Assembly: GCA_964016885.1 (NCBI GenBank)
Contig: OZ024742.1
Span: 19,406,001 to 19,470,000 of the forward strand
Direction of reading: 5' to 3'
Source: Eledone cirrhosa
Taxonomy: Eukaryota
DNA length: 64,000 nt
The notes beneath the pieces are model-generated. The model made no database searches and had not been told where the DNA came from. It saw nothing but the letters and a program-made list of their open reading frames with translations. Positions 40,981-54,800 of this stretch are shown piece after piece; the stretch's first letter is position 1; every line of letters starts with the position of its first letter. The translations under genes were made by a program, and so were the position numbers.

Positions 40981-41572
40981 TATATCTTATTTATTTATTT
41001 AGAGAAGTTTTATTCGTGAACACAATAAACAAAGAAGATCAGCAAATATTTTGCGGTCCCAGTGAACATTATGTCGAATATGTTGCTCCGAAAGATAGAG
41101 AAGGAGATGAGCTCAGAGAAAAGCCAGCCAACCTCACAACTCTCGTTATTGGGGATAAATTATTGCAAAAGAAGCTAGGGAAATTAGGCTGAATCAACAG
41201 TTGTCTACTATAGTTCTATCAATAGCTTAGTCACGCTGTCTTGATCTTGTTTAGATTGAGTAAAAGAAAAAAGAAAAACTATAGACAAATGGTGATATCT
41301 TGTTTCAGTGATGGGGAAGAGGGCTTTATGTAATAAATTATGCAACAGAAGCTAGCTCAGCTCTCTACAGAAATAACAGTGATATAGGTTGTCACTTTTT
41401 TTTTAGCATTACATCAAAACTAATGGCTTGTTTGGGTGATGAAATCGTCAACTAGGTTAAAGATAACACTCCTTTTATATGTGTGTGTGTTTGTGTGTGT
41501 GTGAGAGAGAGAGAGAGTGTCTGTATATAAATATATATATATTTATTTATATACACACACACACACTCTCTC

Positions 41573-41651
<79 letters not shown>

Positions 41652-41733
41652 ATGTATATATTGTATGTATATATGTGTATGTATATATACATGTGTACGT
41701 GTGTGTAAGCATGCATGTATGTATGTGTGTGTA

Positions 41734-41771
<38 letters not shown>

Positions 41772-42062
41772 TGTGTGTGTGTGGAGTGTGAAAAACACAA
41801 AATAAAAAATAAAAAGACAGAGAAAGTTATATTTTGTAAATCTCGAACAAACAATATATCAAGACAGGTAAGTATTTCGTTAAGTAAACAAACAGTTTCT
41901 AAAAACTGATCGCAATCTATACAAACACAACGCAGCATCCATTTTATATACAGTGGCATTAGTTCTTAATGACGCAAGCGGCAGCAACAGCAACGTCGGC
42001 GGCCTTTGTTGTTGGTGACATCTAATGTTGACAATGATTATGGTGATGATTCAAGTAGACGT

Positions 42063-42627
<565 letters not shown>

Positions 42628-42638
42628 AACATTATGTT

Positions 42639-42674
<36 letters not shown>

Positions 42675-42749
42675 AGTATGTATGCACACGTACATACATA
42701 TATGTATACAGACGTACAGTAGCATGCATATATATATATATATATATAT

Positions 42750-43414
42750 ATAAATGAGAGGTATAGAGATTGTTTTAGCAAGAAGCTAACAGCATTCTAT
42801 AACATATATGCGACTATAACGTCAAGATGGGAAAAGTAGTTAACGAAAGATTTAGGAAAAATAACTCAAACTCATCTCAAAAGAGAATCAGGATATAAAT
42901 TCATCCACAGAATTTAGTAAAATCCAGGGAAAAATCTATAGACCTTTAACTCATGATAAAATGAAGTTTGAAACACTTATCCTTCAATTTGGAATAACAT
43001 CAAATGCTCTGTATAGTCTTAAAAGACTATTTCATGAAAACTTTCAGTGGAGATGGTCACGGTTGGATTTCATTCATCAGCAGAGCTCAACAGAAACCAG
43101 GGCTCTCACAGTAATATAATCCGAAAAAGGGAGTTCTAAAACTGGCTAGTTCGCCTTCATGTGTATTTATGAAAAAGCACATGAGGAAAAAACGGAGCTA
43201 GTGACGTCAGGATGGAAGTGAATGTTTATTTACAAGAAATAGCAGTCAAATACATTCTGAAAAAAACTCTACAAAGGAGTTCAGCAAAATAGCAATAATT
43301 ATCACAGTTTTTATGAAAAAAACCGGGATTAGTCACAGATAGTTTAAGCACTCTAGGAAAAGAATCCGAGTATAAATATAAACGAGAGGTATAGAGATTG
43401 TTTTAGCAAGAAGC

Positions 43415-43417
<3 letters not shown>
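42750..43417 (-). mobile_element. 628-bp unit bounded by ~40-bp direct repeats and containing one hammerhead (PLE pseudo-LTR or retrozyme-like)
   Basis: gagaggtatagagattgttttagcaagaagctaa at 42756 and 43384; flanked by (TA)n on both sides. Confidence 0.7.
43006..43086 (-). ncRNA. Type I hammerhead ribozyme motif with all three stems paired
   Basis: Minus strand: GCTCTG-CTGATGA-ATGAAA(28 nt)TTTCAT-GAA-ATAGTCT(TTTA)AGACTAT-A-CAGAGC; AUA cleavage triplet. Confidence 0.85.
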
Positions 43418-43454
<37 letters not shown>

Positions 43455-43538
43455 CAGGTACACATACATATATGCACGCATTTAAGTAAGTGCCATACTA
43501 AGAGTGAGAAATGAAATTTCGTTTTCATTTTATTTCAA

Positions 43539-43577
<39 letters not shown>

Positions 43578-43580
<3 letters not shown>

Positions 43581-43768
43581 AAAAAGTATGACACCGACGG
43601 CAGGGCTCAAGCCGTTTCGATGGTTATTTCCAGAAATAGCCGTCGAAATGTCTTGAGCTCTGCCGTCGGAGTCATACCTTTTCCTATTTCCCACTCTACT
43701 ACTCTAAGTATTGAGTACTCTGGTGCGTTATGGTCCATCTGGTTCCTTACCACATTTCCTTTGTTATA
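43578..43768 (+). mobile_element. Palindrome-plus-tail element between (TA)n tracts
   Basis: aggaaaaagtatgac..ccgacggcag.../...ctgccgtcggagtcataccttttcct followed by tail. Confidence 0.7.
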
Positions 43769-43810
43769 TATATAACAATATGTATGTATATATATATAGC
43801 TAACAATATG

Positions 43811-43859
<49 letters not shown>

Positions 43860-44269
43860 GTCTAGTCTTAATTTTCAATGTTTTCTGGTAATTCGTTTCC
43901 AATATTTTATCACATATGTGTCAACTACAATTCTCTCTCGACAGGAATGGGTGGAGAGAACTTTGTAAAAACTAAACAAGAAACATATTTTAATAAAACA
44001 CACCGTGTGGTTGTACTATTCTAATTTCACTGAGAAATGTCAATGTTTTCAAACTGTGTAATATATATGAAGCAACGAAACTGAAACTATGAAGTCACTG
44101 CTACTTTTCTACTTAGAAAATAAATTTCTACACTCTATCCAACCGTATTGAGTGCTTATTCAGCTAATGCTATGGTATTTTAAACATATATTCTTATATA
44201 TACTCGCTTAGTGTTGACGGTCTCCAGAACTTTCATTCACGGTAGAGATTAATATGTTTATTATTTAGA

Positions 44270-44820
44270 GTGTCGATAGAGGGTCGGACGCCATGCTTTG
44301 CGGCATAGTTAACTTTCTCTTTCATCCTTACGGGGTTGATAAAATAAATACCAGTCACGCACTGGGGTCGATTTAATCGACTTTCCCCTACCCCCAAATT
44401 GCTAGCATTGTGCCTATATAAGAAACCATTAATTAGAGGGTCGATAAAATAAAGTACCAGTAATGAAGTGGAGGTGATTTAATCGATTTTGCCCTCCCAA
44501 AAATTGTGGTTTCCAAATAAATCAATATACCAGTAACGCACTGGGTTTGATTTAATCGACTTCCGCCCCAAAACAATATTTGGTGTTGTGCTTAAATCAG
44601 AAATCCGTAATTCAATCTTCAATAAGGGGCAATGGATTGGCAGAATCAGTAGAGCGCTGGACAACATGCTTTACGGCATATAGTTACGTCTCTTTAGATT
44701 CTGAGTTTAATCTCCCAGGGGTCGATAAAATAAAGTACCAGTAATGAACTGGGAGGATTTAATCGACTTTCTCCTACCGCAAAATTGTTGTCATTGTGCT
44801 TACATGAGAAACCTTATTTC
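44270..44820 (+). mobile_element. Cluster of partial SINE copies
   Basis: Four repeats of taccagt...ctggg..gatttaatcgactt. Confidence 0.7.
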
Positions 44821-45342
44821 AATCCTCACTAAGGCTCCACACTTTATACAACGGACTTAACTACAAAGACATAAAACAGCCGACTTTACATTTTCACTGG
44901 CTTCATACAGACAACAGCCATCGGCCATCCCCTGCTACACAACAGTCATCGGCCACACCCATCGGCCACACCCAGCTACACGACGAAATAATACTGAAAA
45001 GGAGTGACCACCTGTAGATGTGACACAGTTGGTTGTCACTGTAAACTCCAGTTCTTACTACATTATTTCTCCACCAAACACTCAGATAGGTCTGTAACAC
45101 AACAGGACACTACCAAAGCAATAGCTTAAAAGCAAAGTCAGGTGAACACAATACACACACACAAAAAACACACGTACATACAATACACACATGCACAGAA
45201 CACATACGCACAAAATTGCATACACACAAAACCCACATTCACACAAAATATATACACACGCGAAACAGCTTGCATATACACTCAAAACGCACATAACACA
45301 AAACTGACAGGATGAAACCATTATTATTTAACAGAAGTATAC

Positions 45343-45505
45343 AATAATTGTTTCTACTTTTGGAAACAGTGTATTACTGGTACTTTATTTTATCGACCCC
45401 GTAAAGATGAAAGGCAAATCTAACCTCGCCGGGATTTGAACTCAGAATGTAAAGAGTCTTAACATCACACCGTAAAGCATATTGTCCGACGTTCTACCAA
45501 CCTAC
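45343..45505 (-). mobile_element. tRNA-derived SINE
   Basis: Reverse-complement match to the family. Confidence 0.75.
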
Positions 45506-45575
45506 CACCTTTTTGTTGTGTAAAGCAATACAAATTGGGGGAAATATATTATAATAATTACTATAATTTTTAACT

Positions 45576-45860
45576 CTACAAAATACTCCAGCAATGCTGT
45601 GGTATAGTCACTGCCTTCGTCTCTCTCGCTTTCACCATCTCTCACTATTATAAGCAAATGGCAACCCACGCGCTGGCCAACCCATGATCCTGGGGGACAG
45701 TATAGAGATAGCGTTTCTCCGGAGGATGGTGAGGGAGACGCGTTGGAAGATCCATTACAGCTCGCGAGGCTCACACCTGCGGATAGCCAACTCTGTACCG
45801 ATGGTAGTGAGTAGGGAGGTGGTCCTAGGACCAAGGACACCAGAAGTCTCCACTGCTACA
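45576..45860 (+). mobile_element. Dispersed element copy whose terminal 79 bp seed the satellite
   Basis: Homologous to 2646-2917, 10933-11153 and 17491-17657; runs without a break into the array. Confidence 0.85.
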
Positions 45861-48800
45861 GGTAGCCAACTCTGTACCGATGGTAGTGAGTAGAGGGGTG
45901 GTCCTAGGACCAAGGACACCAGAAGTCTCCACTGCTACAGGTAGCCAACTCTGTACCGATGGTAGTGAGTAGAGGGGTGGTCCTAGGACCAAGGACACCA
46001 GAAGTCTCCACTGCTACAGGTAGCCAACTCTGTACCGATGGTAGTGAGTAGAGGGGTGGTCCTAGGACCAAGGACACCAGAAGTCTCCACTGCTACAGGT
46101 AGCCAACTCTGTACCGATGGTAGTGAGTAGAGGGGTGGTCCTAGGACCAAGGACACCAGAAGTCTCCACTGCTACAGGTAGCCAACTCTGTAACGATGGT
46201 AGTGAGTAGAGGGGTGGTCCTAGGACCAAGGACACCAGAAGTCTCCACTGCTACAGGTAGCCAACTCTGTACCGATGGTAGTGAGTAGAGGGGTGGTCCT
46301 AGGACCAAGGACACCAGAAGTCTCCACTGCTACAGGTAGCCAACTCTGTACCGATGGTAGTGAGTAGAGGGGTGGTCCTAGGACCAAGGACACCAGAAGT
46401 CTCCACTGCTACAGGTAGCCAACTCTGTACCGATGGTAGTGAGTAGGGAGGTGGTCCTAGGACCAAGGACACCAGAAGTCTCCACTGCTACAGGTAGCCA
46501 ACTCTGTAACGATGGTAGTGAGTAGAGGGGTGGTCCTAGGACCAAGGACACCAGAAGTCTCCACTGCTACAGGTAGCCAACTCTGTACCGATGGTAGTGA
46601 GTAGAGGGGTGGTCCTAGGACCAAGGACACCAGAAGTCTCCACTGCTACAGGTAGCCAACTCTGTACCGATGGTAGTGAGTAGAGGGGTGGTCCTAGGAG
46701 CAAGGACACCAGAAGTCTCCACTGCTACAGGTAGCCAACTCTGTACCGATGGTAGTGAGTAGAGGGGTGGTCCTAGGACCAAGGACACCAGAAGTCTCCA
46801 CTGCTACAGGTAGCCAACTCTGTAACGATGGTAGTGAGTAGAGGGGTGGTCCTAGGACCAAGGACACCAGAAGTCTCCACTGCTACAGGTAGCCAACTCT
46901 GTACCGATGGTAGTGAGTAGAGGGGTGGTCCTAGGACCAAGGACACCAGAAGTCTCCACTGCTACAGGTAGCCAACTCTGTACCGATGGTAGTGAGTAGA
47001 GGGGTGGTCCTAGGACCAAGGACACCAGAAGTCTCCACTGCTACAGGTAGCCAACTCTGTAACGATGGTAGTGAGTAGAGGGGTGGTCCTAGGACCAAGG
47101 ACACCAGAAGTCTCCACTGCTACAGGTAGCCAACTCTGTACCGATGGTAGTGAGTAGAGGGGTGGTCCTAGGACCAAGGACACCAGAAGTCTCCACTGCT
47201 ACAGGTAGCCAACTCTGTACCGATGGTAGTGAGTAGAGGGGTGGTCCTAGGACCAAGGACACCAGAAGTCTCCACTGCTACAGGTAGCCAACTCTGTACC
47301 GATGGTAGTGAGTAGAGGGGTGGTCCTAGGACCAAGGACACCAGAAGTCTCCACAGCTACAGGTAGCCAACTCTGTAACGATGGTAGTGAGTAGAGGGGT
47401 GGTCCTAGGACCAAGGACACCAGAAGTCTCCACTGCTACAGGTAGCCAACTCTGTACCGATGGTAGTGAGTAGAGGGGTGGTCCTAGGACCAAGGACACC
47501 AGAAGTCTCCACTGCTACAGGTAGCCAACTCTGTACCGATGGTAGTGAGTAGAGGGGTGGTCCTAGGACCAAGGACACCAGAAGTCTCCACTGCTACAGG
47601 TAGCCAACTCGGTGTCGATGGTAGTGAGTAGGGAGGTGGTCCTAGGACCAAGGACACCAGAAGTCTCCACTGCTACAGGTAGCCAACTCGGTGTCGATGG
47701 TAGTGAGTAGGGAGGTGGTCCTAGGACCAAGGACACCAGAAGTCTCCACTGCTACAGGTAGCCAACTCTGTACCGATGGTAGTGAGTAGAGGGGTGGTCC
47801 TAGGACCAAGGACACCAGAAGTCTCCACTGCTACAGGTAGCCAACTCGGTGTCGATGGTAGTGAGTAGGGAGGTGGTCCTAGGACCAAGGACACCAGAAG
47901 TCTCCACTGCTACAGGTAGCCAACTCTGTACCGATGGTAGTGAGTAGGGAGGTGGTCCTAGGACCAAGGACACCAGAAGTCTCCACTGCTACAGGTAGCC
48001 AACTCGGTGTCGATGGTAGTGAGTAGGGAGGAGGTCCTAGGACCAAGGACACTAGAAGTCTCCACTGCTACAGGTAGCCAACTCGGTGTCGATGGTAGTG
48101 AGTAGGGAGGAGGTCCTAGGACCAAGGACACCAGAAGTCTCCACTGCTACAGGTAGCCAACTCTGTACCGATGGTAGTGAGTAGAGGGGCGGTCCTAGGA
48201 CCAAGGACACCAGAAGTCTCCACTGCTACAGGTAGCCAACTCTGTACCGATGGTAGTGAGTAGAGGGGCGGTCCTAGGACCAAGGACACCAGAAGTCTCC
48301 ACTGCTACAGGTAGCCAACTCTGTACCGATGGTAGTGAGTAGAGGGGCGGTCCTAGGACCAAGGACACCAGAAGTCTCCACTGCTACAGGTAGCCAACTC
48401 TGTACCGATGGTAGTGAGTAGAGGGGTGGTCCTAGGACCAAGGACACCAGAAGTCTCCACTGCTACAGGTAGCCAACTCTGTACCGATGGTAGTGAGTAG
48501 AGGGGCGGTCCTAGGACCAAGGACACCAGAAGTCTCCACTGCTACAGGTAGCCAACTCTGTACCGATGGTAGTGAGTAGAGGGGCGGTCCTAGGACCAAG
48601 GACACCAGAAGTCTCCACTGCTACAGGTAGCCAACTCTGTACCGATGGTAGTGAGTAGGGAGGTGGTCCTAGGACCAAGGACACCAGAAGTCTCTACTGC
48701 TACAGGTAGCCAACTCTGTACCGATGGTAGTGAGTAGGGAGGTGGTCCTAGGACCAAGGACACCAGAAGTCTCCACTGCTACAGGTAGCCAACTCGGTGT

Positions 48801-51800
48801 CGATGGCGGTGAGTAGGGAGGCGGTCCTAGGACCAAGGACACCAGAAGTCTCCACTGCTACAGGTAGCCAACTCTGTACCGATGGTAGTGAGTAGAGGGG
48901 CGGTCCTAGGACCAAGGACACCAGAAGTCTCCACTGCTACAGGTAGCCAACTCTGTACCGATGGTAGTGAGTAGGGAGGTGGTCCTAGGACCAAGGACAC
49001 CAGAAGTCTCTACTGCTACAGGTAGCCAACTCTGTACCGATGGTAGTGAGTAGGGAGGTGGTCCTAGGACCAAGGACACCAGAAGTCTCCACTGCTACAG
49101 GTAGCCAACTCGGCGTCGATGGTAGTGAGTAGAGGGGAGGTCCTAGGACCAAGGACACCAGAAGTCTCCACTGCTACAGGTAGCCAACTCTGTACCGATG
49201 GTAGTGAGTAGAGGGGCGGTCCTAGGACCAAGGACACCAGAAGTCTCCACTGCTACAGGTAGCCAACTCTGTACCGATGGTAGTGAGTAGGGAGGTGGTC
49301 CTAGGACCAAGGACACCAGAAGTCTCTACTGCTACAGGTAGCCAACTCTGTACCGATGGTAGTGAGTAGGGAGGTGGTCCTAGGACCAAGGACACCAGAA
49401 GTCTCCACTGCTACAGGTAGCCAACTCGGTGTCGATGGTAGTGAGTAGAGGGGAGGTCCTAGGACCAAGGACACCAGAAGTCTCCACTGCTACAGGTAGC
49501 CAACTCTGTACCGATGGTAGTGAGTAGAGGGGCGGTCCTAGGACCAAGGACACCGGAAGTCTCCACTGCTACAGGTAGCCAACTCTGTACCGATGGTAGT
49601 GAGTAGGGAGGTGGTCCTAGGACCAAGGACACCAGAAGTCTCCATTGCTACAGGTAGCCAACTCTGTACCGATGGTAGTGAGTAGAGGGGTGGTCCTAGG
49701 ACCAAGGACACCAGAAGTCTCCACTGCTACAGGTAGCCAACTCGGTGTCGATGGTAGTGAGTAGAGGGGTGGTCCTAGGACCAAGGACACCAGAAGTCTC
49801 CACTGCTACAGGTAGCCAACTCTGTACCGATGGTAGTGAGTAGGGAGGTGGTCCTAGGACCAAGGACACTAGAAGTCTCCACTGCTACAGGTAGCCAACT
49901 CTGTACCGATGGTAGTGAGTAGAGGGGTGGTCCTAGGACCAAGGACACCAGAAGTCTCCACTGCTACAGGTAGCCAACTCGGTGTCGATGGTGGTGAGTA
50001 GAGGGGCGGTCCTAGGACCAAGGACACCAGAAGTCCCCACTGCTACAGGTAGCCAACTCGGTGTCGATGGTAGTGAGTAGAGGGGTGGTCCTAGGACCAA
50101 GGACACCAGAAGTCTCCACTGCTACAGGTAGCCAACTCTGTACCGATGGTAGTGAGTAGGGAGGTGGTCCTAGGACCAAGGACACCAGAAGTCTCCACTG
50201 CTACAGGTAGCCAACTCGGTGTCGATGGTAGTGAGTAGAGGGGCGGTCCTAGGACCAAGGACACCAGAAGTCTCCACTGCTACAGGTAGCCAACTCGGTG
50301 TCGATGGTGGTGAGTAGAGGGGCGGTCCTAGGACCAAGGACACCAGAAGTCTCCACTGCTACAGGTAGCCAACTCTGTACCGATGGTAGTGAGTAGAGGG
50401 GTGGTCCTAGGACCAAGGACACCAGAAGTCTCCACTGCTACAGGTAGCCAACTCGGTGTCGATGGTAGTGAGTAGAGGGGTGGTCCTAGGACCAAGGACA
50501 CCAGAAGTCTCCACTGCTACAGGTAGCCAACTCTGTACCGATGGTAGTGAGTAGGGAGGTGGTCCTAGGACCAAGGACACCAGAAGTCTCCACTGCTACA
50601 GGTAGCCAACTCGGTGTCGATGGTAGTGAGTAGAGGGGTGGTCCTAGGACCAAGGACACCAGAAGTCTCCACTGCTACAGGTAGCCAACTCTGTACCGAT
50701 GGTAGTGAGTCGGGAGGTGGTCCTAGGACCAAGGACACCAGAAGTCTCCACTGCTACAGGTAGCCAACTCGGTGTCGATGGTAGTGAGTAGAGGGGTGGT
50801 CCTAGGACCAAGGACACCAGAAGTCTCCACTGCTACAGGTAGCCAACTCTGTAACGATGGTAGTGAGTAGAGGGGTGGTCCTAGGACCAAGGACACCAGA
50901 AGTCTCCACTGCTACAGGTAGCCAACTCTGTACCGATGGTAGTGAGTAGGGAGGTGGTCCTAGGACCAAGGACACCAGAAGTCTCCACTGCTACAGGTAG
51001 CCAACTCTGTACCGATGGTAGTGAGTAGAGGGGTGGTCCTAGGACCAAGGACACCAGAAGTCTCCACTGCTACAGGTAGCCAACTCTGTACCGATGGTAG
51101 TGAGTAGAGGGGTGGTCCTAGGACCAAGGACACCAGAAGTCTCCACTGCTAGAGGTAGCCAACTCTGTACCGATGGTAGTGAGTAGGGAGGTGGTCCTAG
51201 GACCAAGGACACCGGAAGTCTCCACTGCTACAGGTAGCCAGCTCTGTACCGATGGTAGTGAGTAGAGGGGTGGTCCTAGGACCAAGGACACCAGAAGTCT
51301 CCACTGCTACAGGTAGCCAACTCTGTAACGATGGTAGTGAGTAGAGGGGTGGTCCTAGGACCAAGGACACCAGAAGTCTCCACTGCTACAGGTAGCCAAC
51401 TCTGTAACGATGGTAGTGAGTAGAGGGGTGGTCCTAGGACCAAGGACACCAGAAGTCTCCACTGCTACAGGTAGCCAACTCTGTACCGATGGTAGTGAGT
51501 AGGGAGGTGGTCCTAGGACCAAGGACACCAGAAGTCTCCACTGCTACAGGTAGCCAACTCTGTACCGATGGTAGTGAGTAGAGGGGTGGTCCTAGGACCA
51601 AGGACACCAGAAGTCTCCACTGCTACAGGTAGCCAACTCTGTACCGATGGTAGTGAGTAGAGGGGTGGTCCTAGGACCAAGGACACCAGAAGTCTCCACT
51701 GCTACAGGTAGCCAACTCTGTACCGATGGTAGTGAGTAGGGAGGTGGTCCTAGGACCAAGGACACAGGAAGTCTCCACTGCTACAGGTAGCCAACTCTGT

Positions 51801-54800
51801 ACCGATGGTAGTGAGTAGAGGGGTGGTCCTAGGACCAAGGACACCAGAAGTCTCCACTGCTACAGGTAGCCAACTCTGTACCGATGGTAGTGAGTAGAGG
51901 GGTGGTCCTAGGACCAAGGACACCAGAAGTCTCCACTGCTACAGGTAGCCAACTCTGTAACGATGGTAGTGAGTAGAGGGGTGGTCCTAGGACCAAGGAC
52001 ACCAGAAGTCTCCACTGCTACAGGTAGCCAACTCTGTAACGATGGTAGTGAGTAGAGTGGTGGTCCTAGGACCAAGGACACCAGAAGTCTCCACTGCTAC
52101 AGGTAGCCAACTCTGTACCGATGGTAGTGAGTAGGGAGGTGGTCCTAGGACCAAGGACACCAGAAGTCTCCACTGCTACAGGTAGCCAACTCTGTACCGA
52201 TGGTAGTGAGTAGAGGGGTGGTCCTAGGACCAAGGACACCAGAAGTCTCCACTGCTACAGGTAGCCAACTCTGTACCGATGGTAGTGAGTAGGGAGGCGG
52301 TCCTAGGGCCAAGGACACCAGAAGTCTCCACTGCTACAGGTAGCCAACTCTGTACCGATGGTAGTGAGTAGGGAGGTGGTCCTAGGACCAAGGACACCAG
52401 AAGTCTCCACTGCTACAGGTAGCCAAATCTGTACCGATGGTAGTGAGTAGAGGGGAGGTCCTAGGGCCAAGGACACCAGAAGTCTCCACTGCTACAGGTA
52501 GCCAACTCTGTACCGATGGTAGTGAGTAGGGAGGTGGTCCTAGGACCAAGGACACCAGAAGTCTCCACTGCTACGGGTAGCCAACTCTGTACCGATGGTA
52601 GTGAGTAGAGGGGTGGTCCTAGGACCAAGGACACCAGAAGTCTCCACTGCTACAGGTAGCCAACTCTGTACCGATGGTAGTGAGTAGAGGGGTGGTCCTA
52701 GGACCAAGGACACCAGAAGTCTCCACTGCTACAGGTAGCCAACTCTGTAACGATGGTAGTGAGTAGAGGGGTGGTCCTAGGACCAAGGACACCAGAAGTC
52801 TCCACTGCTACAGGTAGCCAACTCTGTACCGATGGTAGTGAGTAGAGGGGCGGTCCTAGGACCAAGGACACCAGAAGTCTCCACTGCTACAGGTAGCCAA
52901 CTCTGTACCGATGGTAGTGAGTAGGGAGGTGGTCCTAGGACCAAGGACACCAGAAGTCTCCACTGCTACAGGTAACCAACTCTGTACCGATGGTAGTGAG
53001 TAGGGAGGTGGTCCTAGGACCAAGGACACCAGAAGTCTCCACTGCTACAGGTAGCCAACTCTGTACCGATGGTAGTGAGTAGGGAGGTGGTCCTAGGACC
53101 AAGGACACCAGAAGTCTCCACTGCTACAGGTAGCCAACTCTGTACCGATGGTAGTGAGTAGGGAGGTGGTCCTAGGACCAAGGACACCAGAAGTCTCCAC
53201 TGCTACAGGTAGCCAACTCTGTACCGATGGCGGTGAGTAGGGAGGTGGTCCTAGGACCAAGGACACCACAAGTCTCCACTGCTACAGGTAGCCAACTCTG
53301 TACCGATGGTAGTGAGTAGGGAGGTGGTCCTAGGGCCAAGGACACCAGAAGTCTCCACTGCTACAGGTAGCCAACTCCGTACCGATGGTAATGAGTAGAG
53401 GGGCGGTCCTAGGGCCAAGGACACCAGAATCTCCACTGCTACAGGTAGCCAACTCCGTACCGATGGTAGTGAGTAGGGAGGCGGTCCTAGGGCCAAGGAC
53501 ACCAGAAGTCTCCACTGCTACAGGTAACCAACTCCGTACCGATGGTAGTGAGTAGAGAGGTGGTCCTAGGACCAAGGACACCAGAAGTCTCCACTGCTAC
53601 AGGTAGCCAACTCTGTACCGATGGTAGTGAGTAGAGGGGCGGTCCTAGGACCAAGGACACCAGAAGTCTCCACTGCTACAGGTAGCCAACTCTGTACCGA
53701 TGGTAGTGAGTAGGGAGGCGGTCCTAGGACCAAGGACACCAGAAGTCTCCACTGCTACAGGTAGCCAACTCTGTACCGATGGTAGTGAGTAGGGAGGCGG
53801 TCCTAGGGCCAACGACACCAGAAGTCTCCACTGCTACAGGTAGCCAACTCTGTACCGATGGTAGTGAGTAGAGGGGTGGTCCTGGGGCCAAGGACACCAG
53901 AAGTCTCCACTACTACAGGTAGCCAACTCTGTACCGATGGTAGTGAGTAGGGAGGCGGTCCTAGGGCCAAGGACACCAGAAGTCTCCACTGCTACAGGTA
54001 GCCAACTCTGTACCGATGGTAGTGAGTAGAGGGGTGGTCCTAGGACCAAGGACACCAGAAGTCTCCACTGCTACAGGTAGCCAACTCTGTAACGATGGTA
54101 GTGAGTAGAGGGGTGGTCCTAGGACCAAGGACACCAGAAGTCTCCACTGCTACAGGTAGCCAACTCTGTACCGATGGTAGTGAGTAGAGGGGTGGTCCTA
54201 GGACCAAGGACACCAGAAGTCTCCACTGCTACAGGTAGCCAACTCTGTACCGATGGTAGTGAGTAGAGGGGTGGTCCTAGGACCAAGGACACCAGAAGTC
54301 TCCACTGCTACAGGTAGCCAACTCTGTAACGATGGTAGTGAGTAGAGGGGTGGTCCTAGGACCAAGGACACCAGAAGTCTCCACTGCTACAGGTAGCCAA
54401 CTCTGTACCGATGGTAGTGAGTAGAGGGGTGGTCCTAGGACCAAGGACACCAGAAGTCTCCACTGCTACAGGTAGCCAACTCTGTACCGATGGTAGTGAG
54501 TAGAGGGGTGGTCCTAGGACCAAGGACACCAGAAGTCTCCACTGCTACAGGTAGCCAACTCTGTACCGATGGTAGTGAGTAGAGGGGTGGTCCTAGGACC
54601 AAGGACACCAGAAGTCTCCACAGCTACAGGTAGCCAACTCTGTAACGATGGTAGTGAGTAGAGGGGTGGTCCTAGGACCAAGGACACCAGAAGTCTCCAC
54701 TGCTACAGGTAGCCAACTCTGTACCGATGGTAGTGAGTAGAGGGGTGGTCCTAGGACCAAGGACACCAGAAGTCTCCACTGCTACAGGTAGCCAACTCTG

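Noticed and set aside
41003-41192. ~62-codon open frame after a tttag acceptor-like site
   Set aside because: Phase incompatible with the phase-0 donor at 18517, no Cys-rich ADAMTS motif, no clear donor.
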